From assembly GCF_001194135.2 (NCBI RefSeq), contig NC_069001.1, positions 22,499,613-22,563,612 on the forward strand: DNA of 64,000 nucleotides, read 5' to 3'. Below the pieces are notes generated by a model. That model searched no databases. It had not been told where the DNA came from and saw only the letters and a program-made list of their open reading frames with translations. Below, piece after piece: positions 51,858-64,000 of the stretch. Numbering within the stretch: the first letter of the stretch is position 1; each line of letters starts with the position of its first letter. Position numbers and translations under genes: made by a program. Source of the DNA: Octopus bimaculoides (taxonomy: Eukaryota).

Positions 51858-52640
51858 TTACTGTTGTAGTGATGAAGACTCGAACGGAGTTGGAAATATT
51901 TACATGAAGAGTCTAATAAACCTATCAGATTCCTTGAAATTTTCACGGTGGCCTCTTATCGATTCCATGAGTGATTGCAGATATTTATGGTTACCGATAC
52001 ACGAATAGGTATAAGACCGCAACAAATACAACCGCGTATGTGTACGTCATCCGATTCAAAGCAAGTACACAGAACACTTAAATTAACTTCAACTGATGTC
52101 ATGGGATTAATAGAATCTAAATATAACACTAGTCGAGCTGCTTGGCTAAGATCAAAGAGGTATTTAAAGAACTTCCCTATGCCAACGGCTTGAAGGTTGG
52201 TGTGGTTAAGTGAAAGATCTGTATGATCAGACAACGGTTGAGTTTCAGCAAGCAAGTGAGCTGCTACAACAGGGCAGCCTCATCATTGACCGTGTTCGTT
52301 GTACTCCTGTACATCACTTGATACTTGGCTGGCGAAGCAGTCTGGTTGAGGGACGATGCCAACTACCTTACTCACCATCCAAAGGCATTTTGTTCTGAGT
52401 TAAGCAGTCAACATTAACCCACAATGGACAGGTGTTGCAGCCACTGGCTTTCATGACGTCTATAACTTCTGTATCCTATTCTATAAGTCAAACTGTCCAC
52501 TGTTTAACTGAGATACTGAAGCAGTGATAACAAGAAGTATAAGGCTAAGGAACCTACATTGCAAGTCTGTCAACAAGCTAATGTCAAACTTGCAGAATGC
52601 TGAGAAATATAAAACTTATCGACATACCCATATGAGAGGA

Positions 52641-52698
<58 letters not shown>

Positions 52699-53278
52699 NN
52701 NNNNNNNNNNNNNNNNNNNNNNNNNNNNNNNNNNNNNNNNNNNNNNNNNNNNNNNNNNNNNNNNNNNNNNNNNNNNNNNNNNNNNNNNNNNNNNNNNNNN
52801 NNNNNNNNNNNNNNNNNNNNNNNNNNNNNNNNNNNNNNNNNNNNNNNNNNNNNNNNNNNNNNNNNNNNNNNNNNNNNNNNNNNNNNNNNNNNNNNNNNNN
52901 NNNNNNNNNNNNNNNNNNNNNNNNNNNNNNNNNNNNNNNNNNNNNNNNNNNNNNNNNNNNNNNNNNNNNNNNNNNNNNNNNNNNNNNNNNNNNNNNNNNN
53001 NNNNNNNNNNNNNNNNNNNNNNNNNNNNNNNNNNNNNNNNNNNNNNNNNNNNNNNNNNNNNNNNNNNNNNNNNNNNNNNNNNNNNNNNNNNNNNNNNNNN
53101 NNNNNNNNNNNNNNNNNNNNNNNNNNNNNNNNNNNNNNNNNNNNNNNNNNNNNNNNNNNNNNNNNNNNNNNNNNNNNNNNNNNNNNNNNNNNNNNNNNNN
53201 NNNNNNNNNNNNNNNNNNNNNNNNNNNNNNNNNNNNNNNNNNNNNNNNNNNNNNNNNNNNNNNNNNNNNNNNNNNNNN

Positions 53279-53750
53279 GAACTGACAAATAAAATAGAAT
53301 GCTCCCACGCTGCTATAGAGAAGCATCTTCACTCGATAGGATGGGTTCAGAAGTATGGAGAATGGGTTCTGCATGCTTTTAGCGACAACAACAAAAATCA
53401 ACGAGCCACAATCTCCGCTGGTTTGCTTGCTCGTCACCGCTCAACTCATGGACACAAGCAACGATTTCTTTACCGAATCGTTACTGGTGACGAAAAATGG
53501 TGCCTGTACATCAATATGAAGCAGCGTAAGGGATGGCTTAGCCCCGGTAAACAAGCGACACCGCGCGTGAAACAAAATCTTCATCCGCGTAAAACGATGT
53601 TTTGCGTGTGGTGGGACTGGGAAGGGATTATCCATCACGAATTGGTTGAACGGAACCAAACGGTCAGCGCGGAACCCTGAACTACTCAACACGGCTATTC
53701 AAGAAAAAAAGACCTAATCGGCAGCATGGAGTTCTTCCGCTGCACGAGAA
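53279..53750 (+). mobile_element. mariner (DD34D, Hsmar/SETMAR-like) transposase fragment
   Basis: WVLHAFSDNNKNQR..FLYRIVTGDEKWCLY..LHPRKTMFCVWWDWEGIIHHEL..LHEN. Confidence 0.93.
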
Positions 53751-54558
53751 CTAAGATTAAATGAATCACACTTCAAAATCATGTGATATGGATATATCTG
53801 CTACACACCCACACGCACACACACACACATATACACGCATGCACATGTTTATATAGGCACTTAGATTTTGTGTATGTGTGTAAAGAAAACTTAATGCTAT
53901 GTTAAACCCTTTAAAGTTCAGAAAAGGAAAATATACAGCTTAATAATCTTGACCTACCAAGATAAATAAACATACAAAAATAAGCAAGTGGCAGGGTTAA
54001 AGTGTGCCTGCAAACACATACACTTGTATGCAAACTGCACATATAGATATTGATCAAACAAAACAAAAATATTCAACTAGATTGAAATACATATACGCCC
54101 ACAAACATCACACTCATGAAACACAGATCCTCAAAACTTTTGCATAATAACAAAATACAGTTGATTCAATATGGATACATAACGACAGATCTGGGACGAG
54201 GAGGGTAAACTGTTAATGAGATCACAAATAATGAAGCAATGGCTCTGAGAAATTAACTGATTAATCAAAGTGTTAATCTGGGAATCAGTTACTTAATTGG
54301 TTACTTAATTAAGTGGCTAATATGAATAAAAAGGAATTAAATAAAATCAGTTTCTCATAGGTAACGTGAAACTTGCAGCATGCCATAACAGCTGTTTAAG
54401 CGCATGATTCACATCAAGAATATTGCAAAACAAATAAAAAAGTGATGTATGCACACACACACACACACACACATTATGTATGTATGTTTGTATATATGTA
54501 TGTACATATGTATGTATGTATCTATCTATCTATCTATATACATATATACATATGTATG

Positions 54559-54608
<50 letters not shown>

Positions 54609-54722
54609 GTATGGAAGATGATATCAGCAAAAGTTTAGATTCAGATGAATATGGTATTCAAGATGAGGCACCAGAATTTAGTACGGTATTATACATACAA
54701 TTTCAAAGTAAGGTGATTAAAT

Positions 54723-55111
54723 TCAAAATGAGCAATAAGGATATCCAGAGGTAATGCAGTGCAATCGTTTCATGTAACTCCATTTAATTGAACAATGTAA
54801 TCATTACATCAATTTAAAATGCAGAGCAATCCTCAGCTGCACAAAGACACAGAATTCACTCCATCATAGAAGCTTCTATGCTGGAGTGAAGGCAGCATGT
54901 TCTTTGTCTATCTCCTTAACTTCTTGGAGATTATAGGTATAATTATACTAATGTGTCAATCTGTTTCAATTTAATAAAATTCTATGTCTTTGTGCAGCTG
55001 AGGATTGCTCTGCATTTCAAATTGATGTAATGATTGCATTGTTCAGTTAAATGGAGTTACATGAAACGATCGTACTGCATTACCTCTGGATATCCTAGTT
55101 GCTTATTTTGA
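54723..55111. repeat. Fold-back element: about 134-bp inverted arms and about 121-bp spacer; each arm carries an HHR motif
   Basis: Arms 54723-54856 and 54978-55111; mismatches are mostly transitions. Confidence 0.9.
54992..55080 (+). ncRNA. Type-I hammerhead motif with long irregular stem II
   Basis: GUGCAG-CUGAGGA-[58 nt]-GAA-ACGAUCGU-A-CUGCAU; palindromic stem III; GUA triplet. The minus twin (54754-54842) has U16.1 changed to C. Confidence 0.68.
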
Positions 55112-56209
55112 TTATACATATATATACATATATANNNNNNNNNNNNNNNNNNNNNNNNNNNNNNNNNNNNNNNNNNNNNNNNNNNNNNNNNNNNNNNNNN
55201 NNNNNNNNNNNNNNNNNNNNNNNNNNNNNNNNNNNNNNNNNNNNNNNNNNNNNNNNNNNNNNNNNNNNNNNNNNNNNNNNNNNNNNNNNNNNNNNNNNNN
55301 NNNNNNNNNNNNNNNNNNNNNNNNNNNNNNNNNNNNNNNNNNNNNNNNNNNNNNNNNNNNNNNNNNNNNNNNNNNNNNNNNNNNNNNNNNNNNNNNNNNN
55401 NNNNNNNNNNNNNNNNNNNNNNNNNNNNNNNNNNNNNNNNNNNNNNNNNNNNNNNNNNNNNTATATATATGGATAAAAGAACCCAAAGGGATTTTAAAAT
55501 CCAGGCAGATATCAATAAATTATTCAGTTTTAAATGAATTTGGTTAATGATATGAAACAATCAGACTCCAATAAATGCAAGTAAAATACACATCCAAGGT
55601 AATTCTTCATGTATGACAATTAGATCCAAACATCATTTAGACGTATTTTGAGAAATCCAGAGTATTTATTAGACAACAAAAATACGGATAGAGAAAATGA
55701 TATCTTTAATTGTAGAATTCTCTATACAAAGCTGTTGATCGTTTCTGTTGTATCAACCTATTTCGATACAGATAATATCATTGAAATTAATATTTCTGAA
55801 AATACATGTTAACACAATGTTTTCTGAGTGATCTAAAATTAGTTGAATTGAAAGCAAACTAAGAAAATATTTCCAATGCACGAATGCATAGAAAAGAAAA
55901 TTAAGAAGCAATATAATCTAAGAAAAGCTATTTCTGTGTTCAGCTGTTGGTGACGTCAGTGGATAAGAAAAGAATAAAACATAAAGATATAAATTTTATT
56001 TTATGACAATTAGAAACATAAAGATTTTATGTCATGACAAATAGTTAACTATGTATTAACTATAGTAAACATTTCGAAAAAATTATGCTTATTATGTAAT
56101 ATATGTAAAGCATCTTTAATAAAGAATAGAAATATTTAAATGCTTTGCAAAATTTAACACATTTTGTTCTAAACTTACCTTTAAAATTTAATAATATTCA
56201 TTAAAATTT

Positions 56210-59200
56210 TTCACTAAGTCACTCATTTACTCTCTCATGAAGCCAATTCTTAACTACCCCACTAAATCCCTTGTTATCTCAATCACTAGCTCATCCATTG
56301 ACTCACTAAGTAATTCTCTCACTAACTTTCAATCTCACTCAATTACATACTTACTAACTCCCACACCCACTCAGAAACTTGCTCGCAAACTCTCACAGAG
56401 ATTGACTCACTAAATCTTGAACTAAGTCAATCACTAATTCTCATACAAAATCTCTTAATAACTCACTCATCTAACTCTCCTACTAAATAATTCACTAAAT
56501 CTCTAAATAGCTCACTCACACTCTCACTTAATCACGCACAAACTCTCTAACCAACTCTCTCACTAATTCTCTTGCTAACTCATTAAATAACTCATTCCCT
56601 AATTCTCTCAATAACTAACCCACTAAATCACTCACTAACTCACTCGCTAAGTCTCTCATTTACTCACACACTAACTCACTCATTACATTTCTCTCTAATT
56701 CACTCATTAAATCTTCATCTAACTCAATCACTACTTCTCCTATTAACTCATATGCTAACTCACTCACTAAATCTCTCTCTTACTCAATAACTAATTCTCT
56801 CATTAACTCACTCACTGACTCTCACTGTAACTCAGTCACCAACTCACTCACTGAATCTCTCTGTAACTAACTCATTAATTCCCTCACTAACTCACTCAGT
56901 AACTCTGTCATTAATGCACTCACTAACTCACACACTCACTAAATTTCTCTCTAACTCACACACTAACTCTTTCACTATTTCACTAACAAACACTCTCACT
57001 AACTCACTCACTAACTCTCTCACTAAATTTCTCATTAACTCACTCAATAATTCTAGCAGTAACTCACTCACTAAATATCTCACTAACTCACTCACCAATT
57101 ATCTTGCAACATCACTGACTATCTTGCTCACGACTTCTCACATAGATTGACTCACTAACAAACTCTCTCACTGCCTCACTCAGTAACTCAGTAACTCCCT
57201 TACAAATACACCCACTAACTCTCTCACTAATTCACTAACTCACTCACTAAATTATCCACTAATACTTTCACAAACTCTCACTAATTCTTTCAAAAAATAT
57301 CTCACTATCTCACTCAAAATTCTCCTGCAAAATCACTCACAAAATTTCTCACTATCACACTCACCATTTCCCTCACTAAACCTCTCACTTACTCATTCAC
57401 TAAATCTCTAACTCACTCACCAATTCTCTCACACTCATGAAACCCGACATTAACATGCTGACTAATTCTCTTACTAGTTTTATCAATACCTCTCTCAATA
57501 ACTCACTCATTAAATTTCTCACTAATTCTCTCACTAACTCACTCACTAATTCGATCACTAACTCTATTAGTAACTCACTCACTCACTAACTCACTCACCA
57601 ATTCACTTACTAACTCACTCACTCACTAACTCACTCATTCACTAACTCACTCACTACATTACACACTAACTCACTCCCTAAATCTCTAACTCATTCAATA
57701 ATTCTCTGACTGACGCACTCATGAACTCCCTCACTAACAAATTCAATAATTTTCTCACCAATTCTCTCACTGTCTTACAATCTCACTTACAAGCTTTCTC
57801 ACTATCTCTAACATTGATTAACTCACTATATCTCTAACTAATTCAAGCACTAATTTTCACACAAAATCTCTTACCATCTCACGCACTAGCTCTCTCAATA
57901 ACTCGCTAAATCTCTCACTAACTCATTCAGTTATTTTTCCACTAAATCACTCAATAACTCACACTTAATCACTCAAAACATCTCTCACTAAATCACTCTC
58001 AAGATCTATCACTAGTGCTCTCACTAATTCTTTCATAAACTCTCTCACTGACTCATTCATTAAATCTCTAAATACCTCAAATACCAATTCTCTCAGACTG
58101 CTTACTAAGTGATTCATTATATCTCTCACAAACTCACTCAATCACATACTCACTCACTCACTCACTCGCTCAATCACACACTCACTCACTTGCTCAGTCA
58201 CACACTCACTCACTTGCTCACTCACTCACTAATCTCCTCACTAAATCGCAATTTAAATCATTCACTATACCTCTCACAAAATTTCCCACAAACTCTGTCA
58301 ATAACTCACTCATAAACTCTTTTATCGACTGACTTATTAATTGTCTCACTAACTCACTCACTAATTCTCACACTAAATCATTCATTAAATCTCAAAATAA
58401 CTTGTTTACTATTTCTTTCACAAACCTCTCTCACTAACTCACTCACTCATTAAATCTCTCACTAACTCAATCACTAACTCTCTCACTAACTAAATCTTTA
58501 AATCTCCCCCTAACTCACACATGCATTCTCACACTGACTTTCACTAACTCCCTCAATAGCTCATTCATTCACAAACTCTCTCACTAACTCTGTCATTTAC
58601 TCACTCACCAACTCACTCACAAACACATTCACCACACTAACTAGCTCACACTAAGTCACTCACTAATTCTCTCAATAATTCAGTCATGAATTCTCTCAGT
58701 AACTCACTAACTCACAAAATAGACCACTGCCTAACTCACTCACTAATTCTCAAACATACTTACTAACTCTCTCTTTAACTCACTCACCAACTCACTCACA
58801 TGATCTCTCTCAACGTCGCTCTCTAAATCTCTCTCAAACTCACTCACTAACATTTTTACTAGCTCATTAACTAACTCTCTCACTAACTCTCTTACTAACA
58901 CACACTCTCTCTCTAACACTCTCACTAACTCACTCTTTAAATCTCTTACTAATTCTCTCCCTAACTCACACACTAATTGACTCACTGATTCTTTCACTAC
59001 TCACTCATTAATTCTCCAATCAAATCCCTCACTAACTCACTCACAAAATCCCTCTATATCTCACTCACTAACTCTACGGATAGGTCACTCTTTAACTGTC
59101 TCACACACTAAATCTCTTTCTAACTCACCCACCAACTCTGTCATTATCTCACTCATTAACTCACTGTCTACTTACTCACTTATTCTTTTCCTGCCTTACC

Positions 59201-60640
59201 CATTAACTCACTCACTATTTCACTTAGTAACTCACTCAGTAACTCCCTTACTAACTCACTCTATCTCATTCCCTGACACTCACTAACTCACTCTTCAATT
59301 CTCTCACTATTTTACTCAGTAACTCACTCAACAACTCCTTCACTAAATCTCTCTCCAACTCACTCTCTAATTCTCTCACTAACTCACTAATTCTGTGTCT
59401 CATTCACTCAGTAATTCTCTCATTAACCCACTCTCTCACTCATTCATTCTCTAATTCTCTCACTAACTCATATTAAATGTCATTTTTACTCACTAACTCT
59501 CTCATTATTTCACTGACTATCACTCACTAACAATCTCATTATTTCACTCACTAAATCTCTTACTAAATCACTCAGTAACTTTCACACTAAGCCACTCACT
59601 AATTCTCTCCCTTCCTTTCTCACCATCTCACTAATTCTCACACTAAGTCACTCCATAACTTTATCACTAATCCACTCTCTAACTCATTCACTAAATCACT
59701 CACTAGCTCTCTCATTGTCTCATTCACTAACTCTCTCACTAATTCTCCCCTAACTCTCTCATTATCAGACCTACTTATTCTCTCACTACTCACTCACTAT
59801 ATCTCTCTCTCTTTACCTCACTCACTAACACTTTCTCTAACTCATTCTCTCACACACTCTCTCACTAATTCACTCACTTTTTCTCTCAGTAATTCCCGGT
59901 TATAACTTTCTAACTAACTCTCTCACTAACTCACTCACTATGTCTCTCACAACTTCAATATCATTCCCATTTTCTCTCTCACTGACTCACTCACTAAATC
60001 TTCTACTAACTCACTGATTGATTCACTGATTACCTCATTATCTCTCTCACTATGTCATTCATTAATCTCTCACTAGCTCACTCAGTAGTTTTCTCATTAT
60101 GTCACTCTTTAAATCACTCATTAACAATCTCACTAACTCTTCCACTGCATCACAGTATGTCACTCATTATCTCACTTTTTGTATTACTCATTAACTGTCT
60201 CACTAAGCCACTTTCTTATCTCTCTCACAAACTCACTCTCTAACTCACTCACTAATTCATTAACTCTCTTACTAAATCAGTCACTAACCCTTTCACTAAC
60301 TCACTCACTGTCTAACTCAGTAACTCACTCACCAACTCTCCTCCCAACCCACTCACTTGCTAACTCACTCCTTAGTCACTAACCCTCTCTCTCACTGATG
60401 CACTCACAAACTTCCTCCCAATCGAACTCACTTACTCGCTTACTCACTAATTCATTAACTCCCTCACTAAATCAATCCCTAATTCACTCACTTACTCACT
60501 CACTCACCCAGTCACTAACTCCCTCACTCCCTAACTCTATATCTCACTAACTCTCTCACTCTATTACTCATGCACTTTCCTACTGACTCATTAACTCACT
60601 GACCCATTATCTAACTAACTATTTGCCTGCCTGAGTAACT
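56210..60640. repeat. 4.4-kb degenerate minisatellite, about 12-bp unit AACTCACTCACT built on ACTC/ACTA
   Basis: Seen directly; G-poor plus strand; translates as (NSLT)n on plus and (VSEL)n on minus. Confidence 0.92.
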
Positions 60641-60761
60641 TTCTGCTAGTACAGTGATGTAAACTATACAGTAACTATACATGTGTGGTCATTTAGGTTT
60701 GCTACACGGTTTATTCAACCAATTGGGATAATTGACTTCTGCCTGATTGTTTAGAGACCTT

Positions 60762-60968
60762 TATTACTTGCAAAATCGTTAGCACGCCGGGCAAAATGTT
60801 TAGCGGTATTTCGTCCGTCTTTACGTTCTGAGTTCAAATTCTGCTGAGGTCGACTTTGCCTTCCATCCTTTCGAGGTTGATTAAATAAGTACCAGTGGAG
60901 CACTGGGGGCCATGTAATCGACTTAGCCCCTTTTCAAAACTGCTGGCTTGTGCCAAAATTTAAAACCA
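60762..60968 (+). mobile_element. SINE family B, well-preserved copy
   Basis: gcaaaatcgttagcacgccgggcaaaatgtttagcggtatttcgtc..gagttcaaatt..gaggtcgactttgcc..taagtaccagt..aaaatttaaaacc. Confidence 0.88.
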
Positions 60969-61180
60969 TTATTATTATGTTCATATGATCTGTCGAAGTT
61001 AAAAACAAAATGGAGAATATAAAGCCACGTGCATTTCGTTTAGATTTCCTGTAGTATACTTTTATGATTTTATGTGCAGGTGTGCATTTCGTTATTCGAT
61101 TGAGTGTTCAGTTCTTATGTTGTTATGTATTCGTGTGTGTTTCTGTGCATTGTGTCTCTACATGTGTGCATGGGAAGGTG

Positions 61181-61253
<73 letters not shown>

Positions 61254-61975
61254 GGGGAGGCAATGTTATTAAGTTATTTGTTGAAATTTCCAAAACCAAT
61301 GTGGAATGTTAATAAAATAAATTAAATAAAGCTTCAAATAAAGATCTGTGTTTAAAATTTCTCCCGAGATATATTTTATGTGTTGTTGATAATTGTATTA
61401 AGCCTATTTTATATGTATGTTATATGCATATATATACATGTGTGTGTGTACGTATCTTTGCAAGTAACACTTTGAGCACGAAGGTGTGTATGAAGGCGTG
61501 CGCGTGTGTGCACATATGTAACTGTGGATGTTAGTATATTTAATAATTTAGAATCTAGGATTTTGGATTTTTCAAAAGTATAAGAGAAAATTGAAGAAAA
61601 ATGATTTTCAATAGAATTTTTAAGTCTCTGCAAATGTTTACATTATATAGTATATCTGTATAATTCTATTTAATATACAACAGCATAGTTTTGATGAGTT
61701 AGTGTGTGATTTAATCTATGTGTTCCTTAGAGTATGTTGTGTGTTTGTGCAAGTGTCGATATGTGTGCATTTGTGCTTTTGTGTGCACGGGCGAATGATT
61801 ATGTAAGAGTATAAATGTGTTAGTATGGACGCGTATGTTTTGTGTTTGAAAGTGTGCATGCGCATACCTCGTAATTTATGCTTGGATTTCTGGTTCTTTA
61901 GAAAATATAGGGTTTTATTTATTAAAGTCATGTCTAAATGAATGGGGGAAATTAAAGATTCTTAAGGTAGGTAAT

Positions 61976-62276
61976 TGTTGTAAAGTGGGTTCCTCCCACT
62001 GGTGTGATGTGTGACTGCCGTTGTACTGTAGTTGCTGTTTTACACTAGTAGCCACAATAGTTACTAATCATTGGATACCGTTGTATCTCTTCATACCAGA
62101 ATAGTAATACACTAATGTCTTCAGTCTTGCTATTGCTGATAGCTCCACAAGACACCGACTAGAACTGTCAACTGTCAACTCATCGACTCTCGACACTCCC
62201 TTAATGACCAGCTACTGGCTGTCTCCTACCACTTTTTACTGGGAGGGGTTTAGGACTACAGTTACACTATACAACA
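61976..62276. mobile_element. 301-bp solo LTR
   Basis: TGTTGTA...TACAACA termini and a perfect 5-bp TSD GTAAT (61971-61975 and 62277-62281). Confidence 0.85.
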
Positions 62277-63643
62277 GTAATTTATAACATGTATAATATA
62301 CTTCAATGTAATATACAGTGGTGTAGCATGGATTAGAAATCGCGTTTTACTATACACGAGTTTGAAATCACAATTCAGTTATGGTTTGATAATGTGCGCA
62401 ATTGATATCATGTCAAATCAACGGTTGTTGTTCACGTGATAGTTCTGTGTTCCGTTTGGAACTTTCCGTCAGCAAATCTTTTAAATACTGTTAATAAAAG
62501 CACTAAGTTCGCAGAGTGTCAAGACTTCCGAACCGGTATGACAATCAAAACTCAATTTTAGTGTGTCTTGGGGTCGAGCTTCGAATTATGCTACCTCTAT
62601 AGCTGTTCTAACGGCTGCATATTCAATTGGGGATATCGAAGACGATATGACAGGGAAACTGTACGTACGATTAATATGTAAAAACCAGCCCAAGGGTTAA
62701 ACTTCAAACAGACATTTTCCTTGCTTGTTATATTATACTATTTACACTTTACTGTTTCCATAGAACATCTTTTCATATTTATGAACATCTTTTCATATAA
62801 ATGCAACACAATAAACTACGTTGAAATGCTTACGCAATGTTGTGAAATAACTAGACGAAATTTTCTGTTAATCAGGTTTTACATGTGAACAGCACACAGC
62901 CTAAACGATATCCACATACCCATCAGTCACAGTTACAGCAGTTTACAGCAAATGATAGCAGTACAAATTTCAGATTTACGGTTCAAGGGCGAATTTTTAC
63001 GGAAATTTTTGAAGCCATGTAAATTGCAAAGAATTTTAAGACATGAGTTAACGTACATGAACGTCTTATTTATTTGAGTGTGTGCGTGCTTTGTATATAT
63101 GTCCGTAAGTGTATGTGAGCGTGTGTGTTATTTCTTTATGTGGAGTTTTAGAAAACATGATGGATATCAAATTAGCGATTCACATATAATGGTATTCTTT
63201 TTTCAGGGATGTAGGGAACAGCTAAATAAAATAATGAATAAATTTGCTCGAAACATTTGGGCTCATGTAATACACATAGCTGAAATGCATTACGCTGTCA
63301 CGGGATTAGTTAAAGGGAAAAGCGAAGAGCAAGAGAGGAGTGAACGTAATAGCTTTTACGTGGTTAAAAACTCAGTTGAAGGAAGTGATATAGAGAAAGA
63401 GACTCAGAAAAAGGATGCTTAAAGAGGGGATGATATTCTGGTGTTTTTTAAAATCTGTTATTCGAACTTTATATTGACAGCAACAGTTACTAAAACACCA
63501 TAATGATGGTGGTGGTGGTGGTGAATTGTGAAATGTGTAGATTTTCTTTAAAGTGAATTTTTTTATATTACCTGTCACTTAGCACATGCGCATAAGTGCA
63601 ATTATTTATCGTCTGCTCGCTTGAAAATTGTTATTTGTTTATA

Positions 63644-63680
63644 TACTGGGTTGGTGCATAATTATTGCGGCTTTTTTTCA
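63644..63680 (+). mobile_element. mariner-type terminal inverted repeat (left end)
   Basis: TA-CTGGGTTGGTGCATAATTATTGCGGC resembles the Hsmar1/MADE1 TIR as I recall it; the partner TIR is not in the window. Confidence 0.65.
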
Positions 63681-64000
63681 ACAAATTATACCAATCAGCA
63701 GACGTCATCGACTAATATACTTAGGCTTGTATCTGGCACGATTACAGACACACTAAATATCTTGTTTCCTGTTTAATGACCTAAGTTTATCATCGGTAAG
63801 TGTATCACTGTTCTTTGTTTAGATGTTGATTAGGATTTTGGAAGAGGCACTCATATTACTTCCTCTCATAGGTTCATTCGTGCATGTCGACTTGGATATC
63901 TGACAACTGTGTCTAAGAAACAAGAAAGATGAAACACGAAGTCGATCCAGACGTGATTCAAGCTCATGTTGTTCTCCACTCTGAGGATTCTTCTAGTCTA

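Noticed and set aside
51465-52403. Plus frame with many in-frame TGA codons, suggesting a selenoprotein-P-like Sec-rich protein
   Set aside because: The frame also has TAG and TAA stops and no SECIS was identified. TGA excess is expected as the antisense of TCA (Ser) codons or an offset of GAY/GGN codons.
55951-55958. Perfect CRE palindrome TGACGTCA
   Set aside because: One 8-mer in 64 kb is expected by chance.
62400-62700. Protein-like stretches (VSWGRASNYATSIAVLTAAYSIGDIEDDMTGK)
   Set aside because: Short, weak donor, and no recognisable homology.
63078-63422. 114-aa ORF with internal acceptor
   Set aside because: The N-terminus is microsatellite-like and the rest resembles a decayed RTE C-terminus; not supportable as a gene.

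Overview
AT-rich animal genomic DNA with 11 N-gaps (about 4.7 kb), dense microsatellites and repeats. The SINE families and microsatellite landscape suggest a cephalopod, probably Octopus (inference; not checked by search). I recognise no host protein-coding gene with confidence, and most ORF-track entries are microsatellite or N-run artefacts. Most interpretable content is decayed mobile DNA: a hAT transposase, Penelope-like elements (PLE), a Gypsy gag-pol, RTE and CR1-like LINE pieces, mariner and maT transposases, four SINE families, a 91-bp Helitron, a 301-bp solo LTR and a 4.4-kb 12-bp minisatellite. The main finding is ten hammerhead-ribozyme (HHR) motifs read by eye. Eight of them form four short, ORF-less, head-to-head cassettes with one ribozyme on each strand pointing outward (25923-26185, 27940-28841, 34112-34291, 54723-55111), and the four cassettes are unrelated in sequence. 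A second notable set is a family of ORF1-only (RRM-like plus CCHC) retroelements that share a 3' tail with a SINE subfamily. A few weak exon candidates are listed at low confidence.
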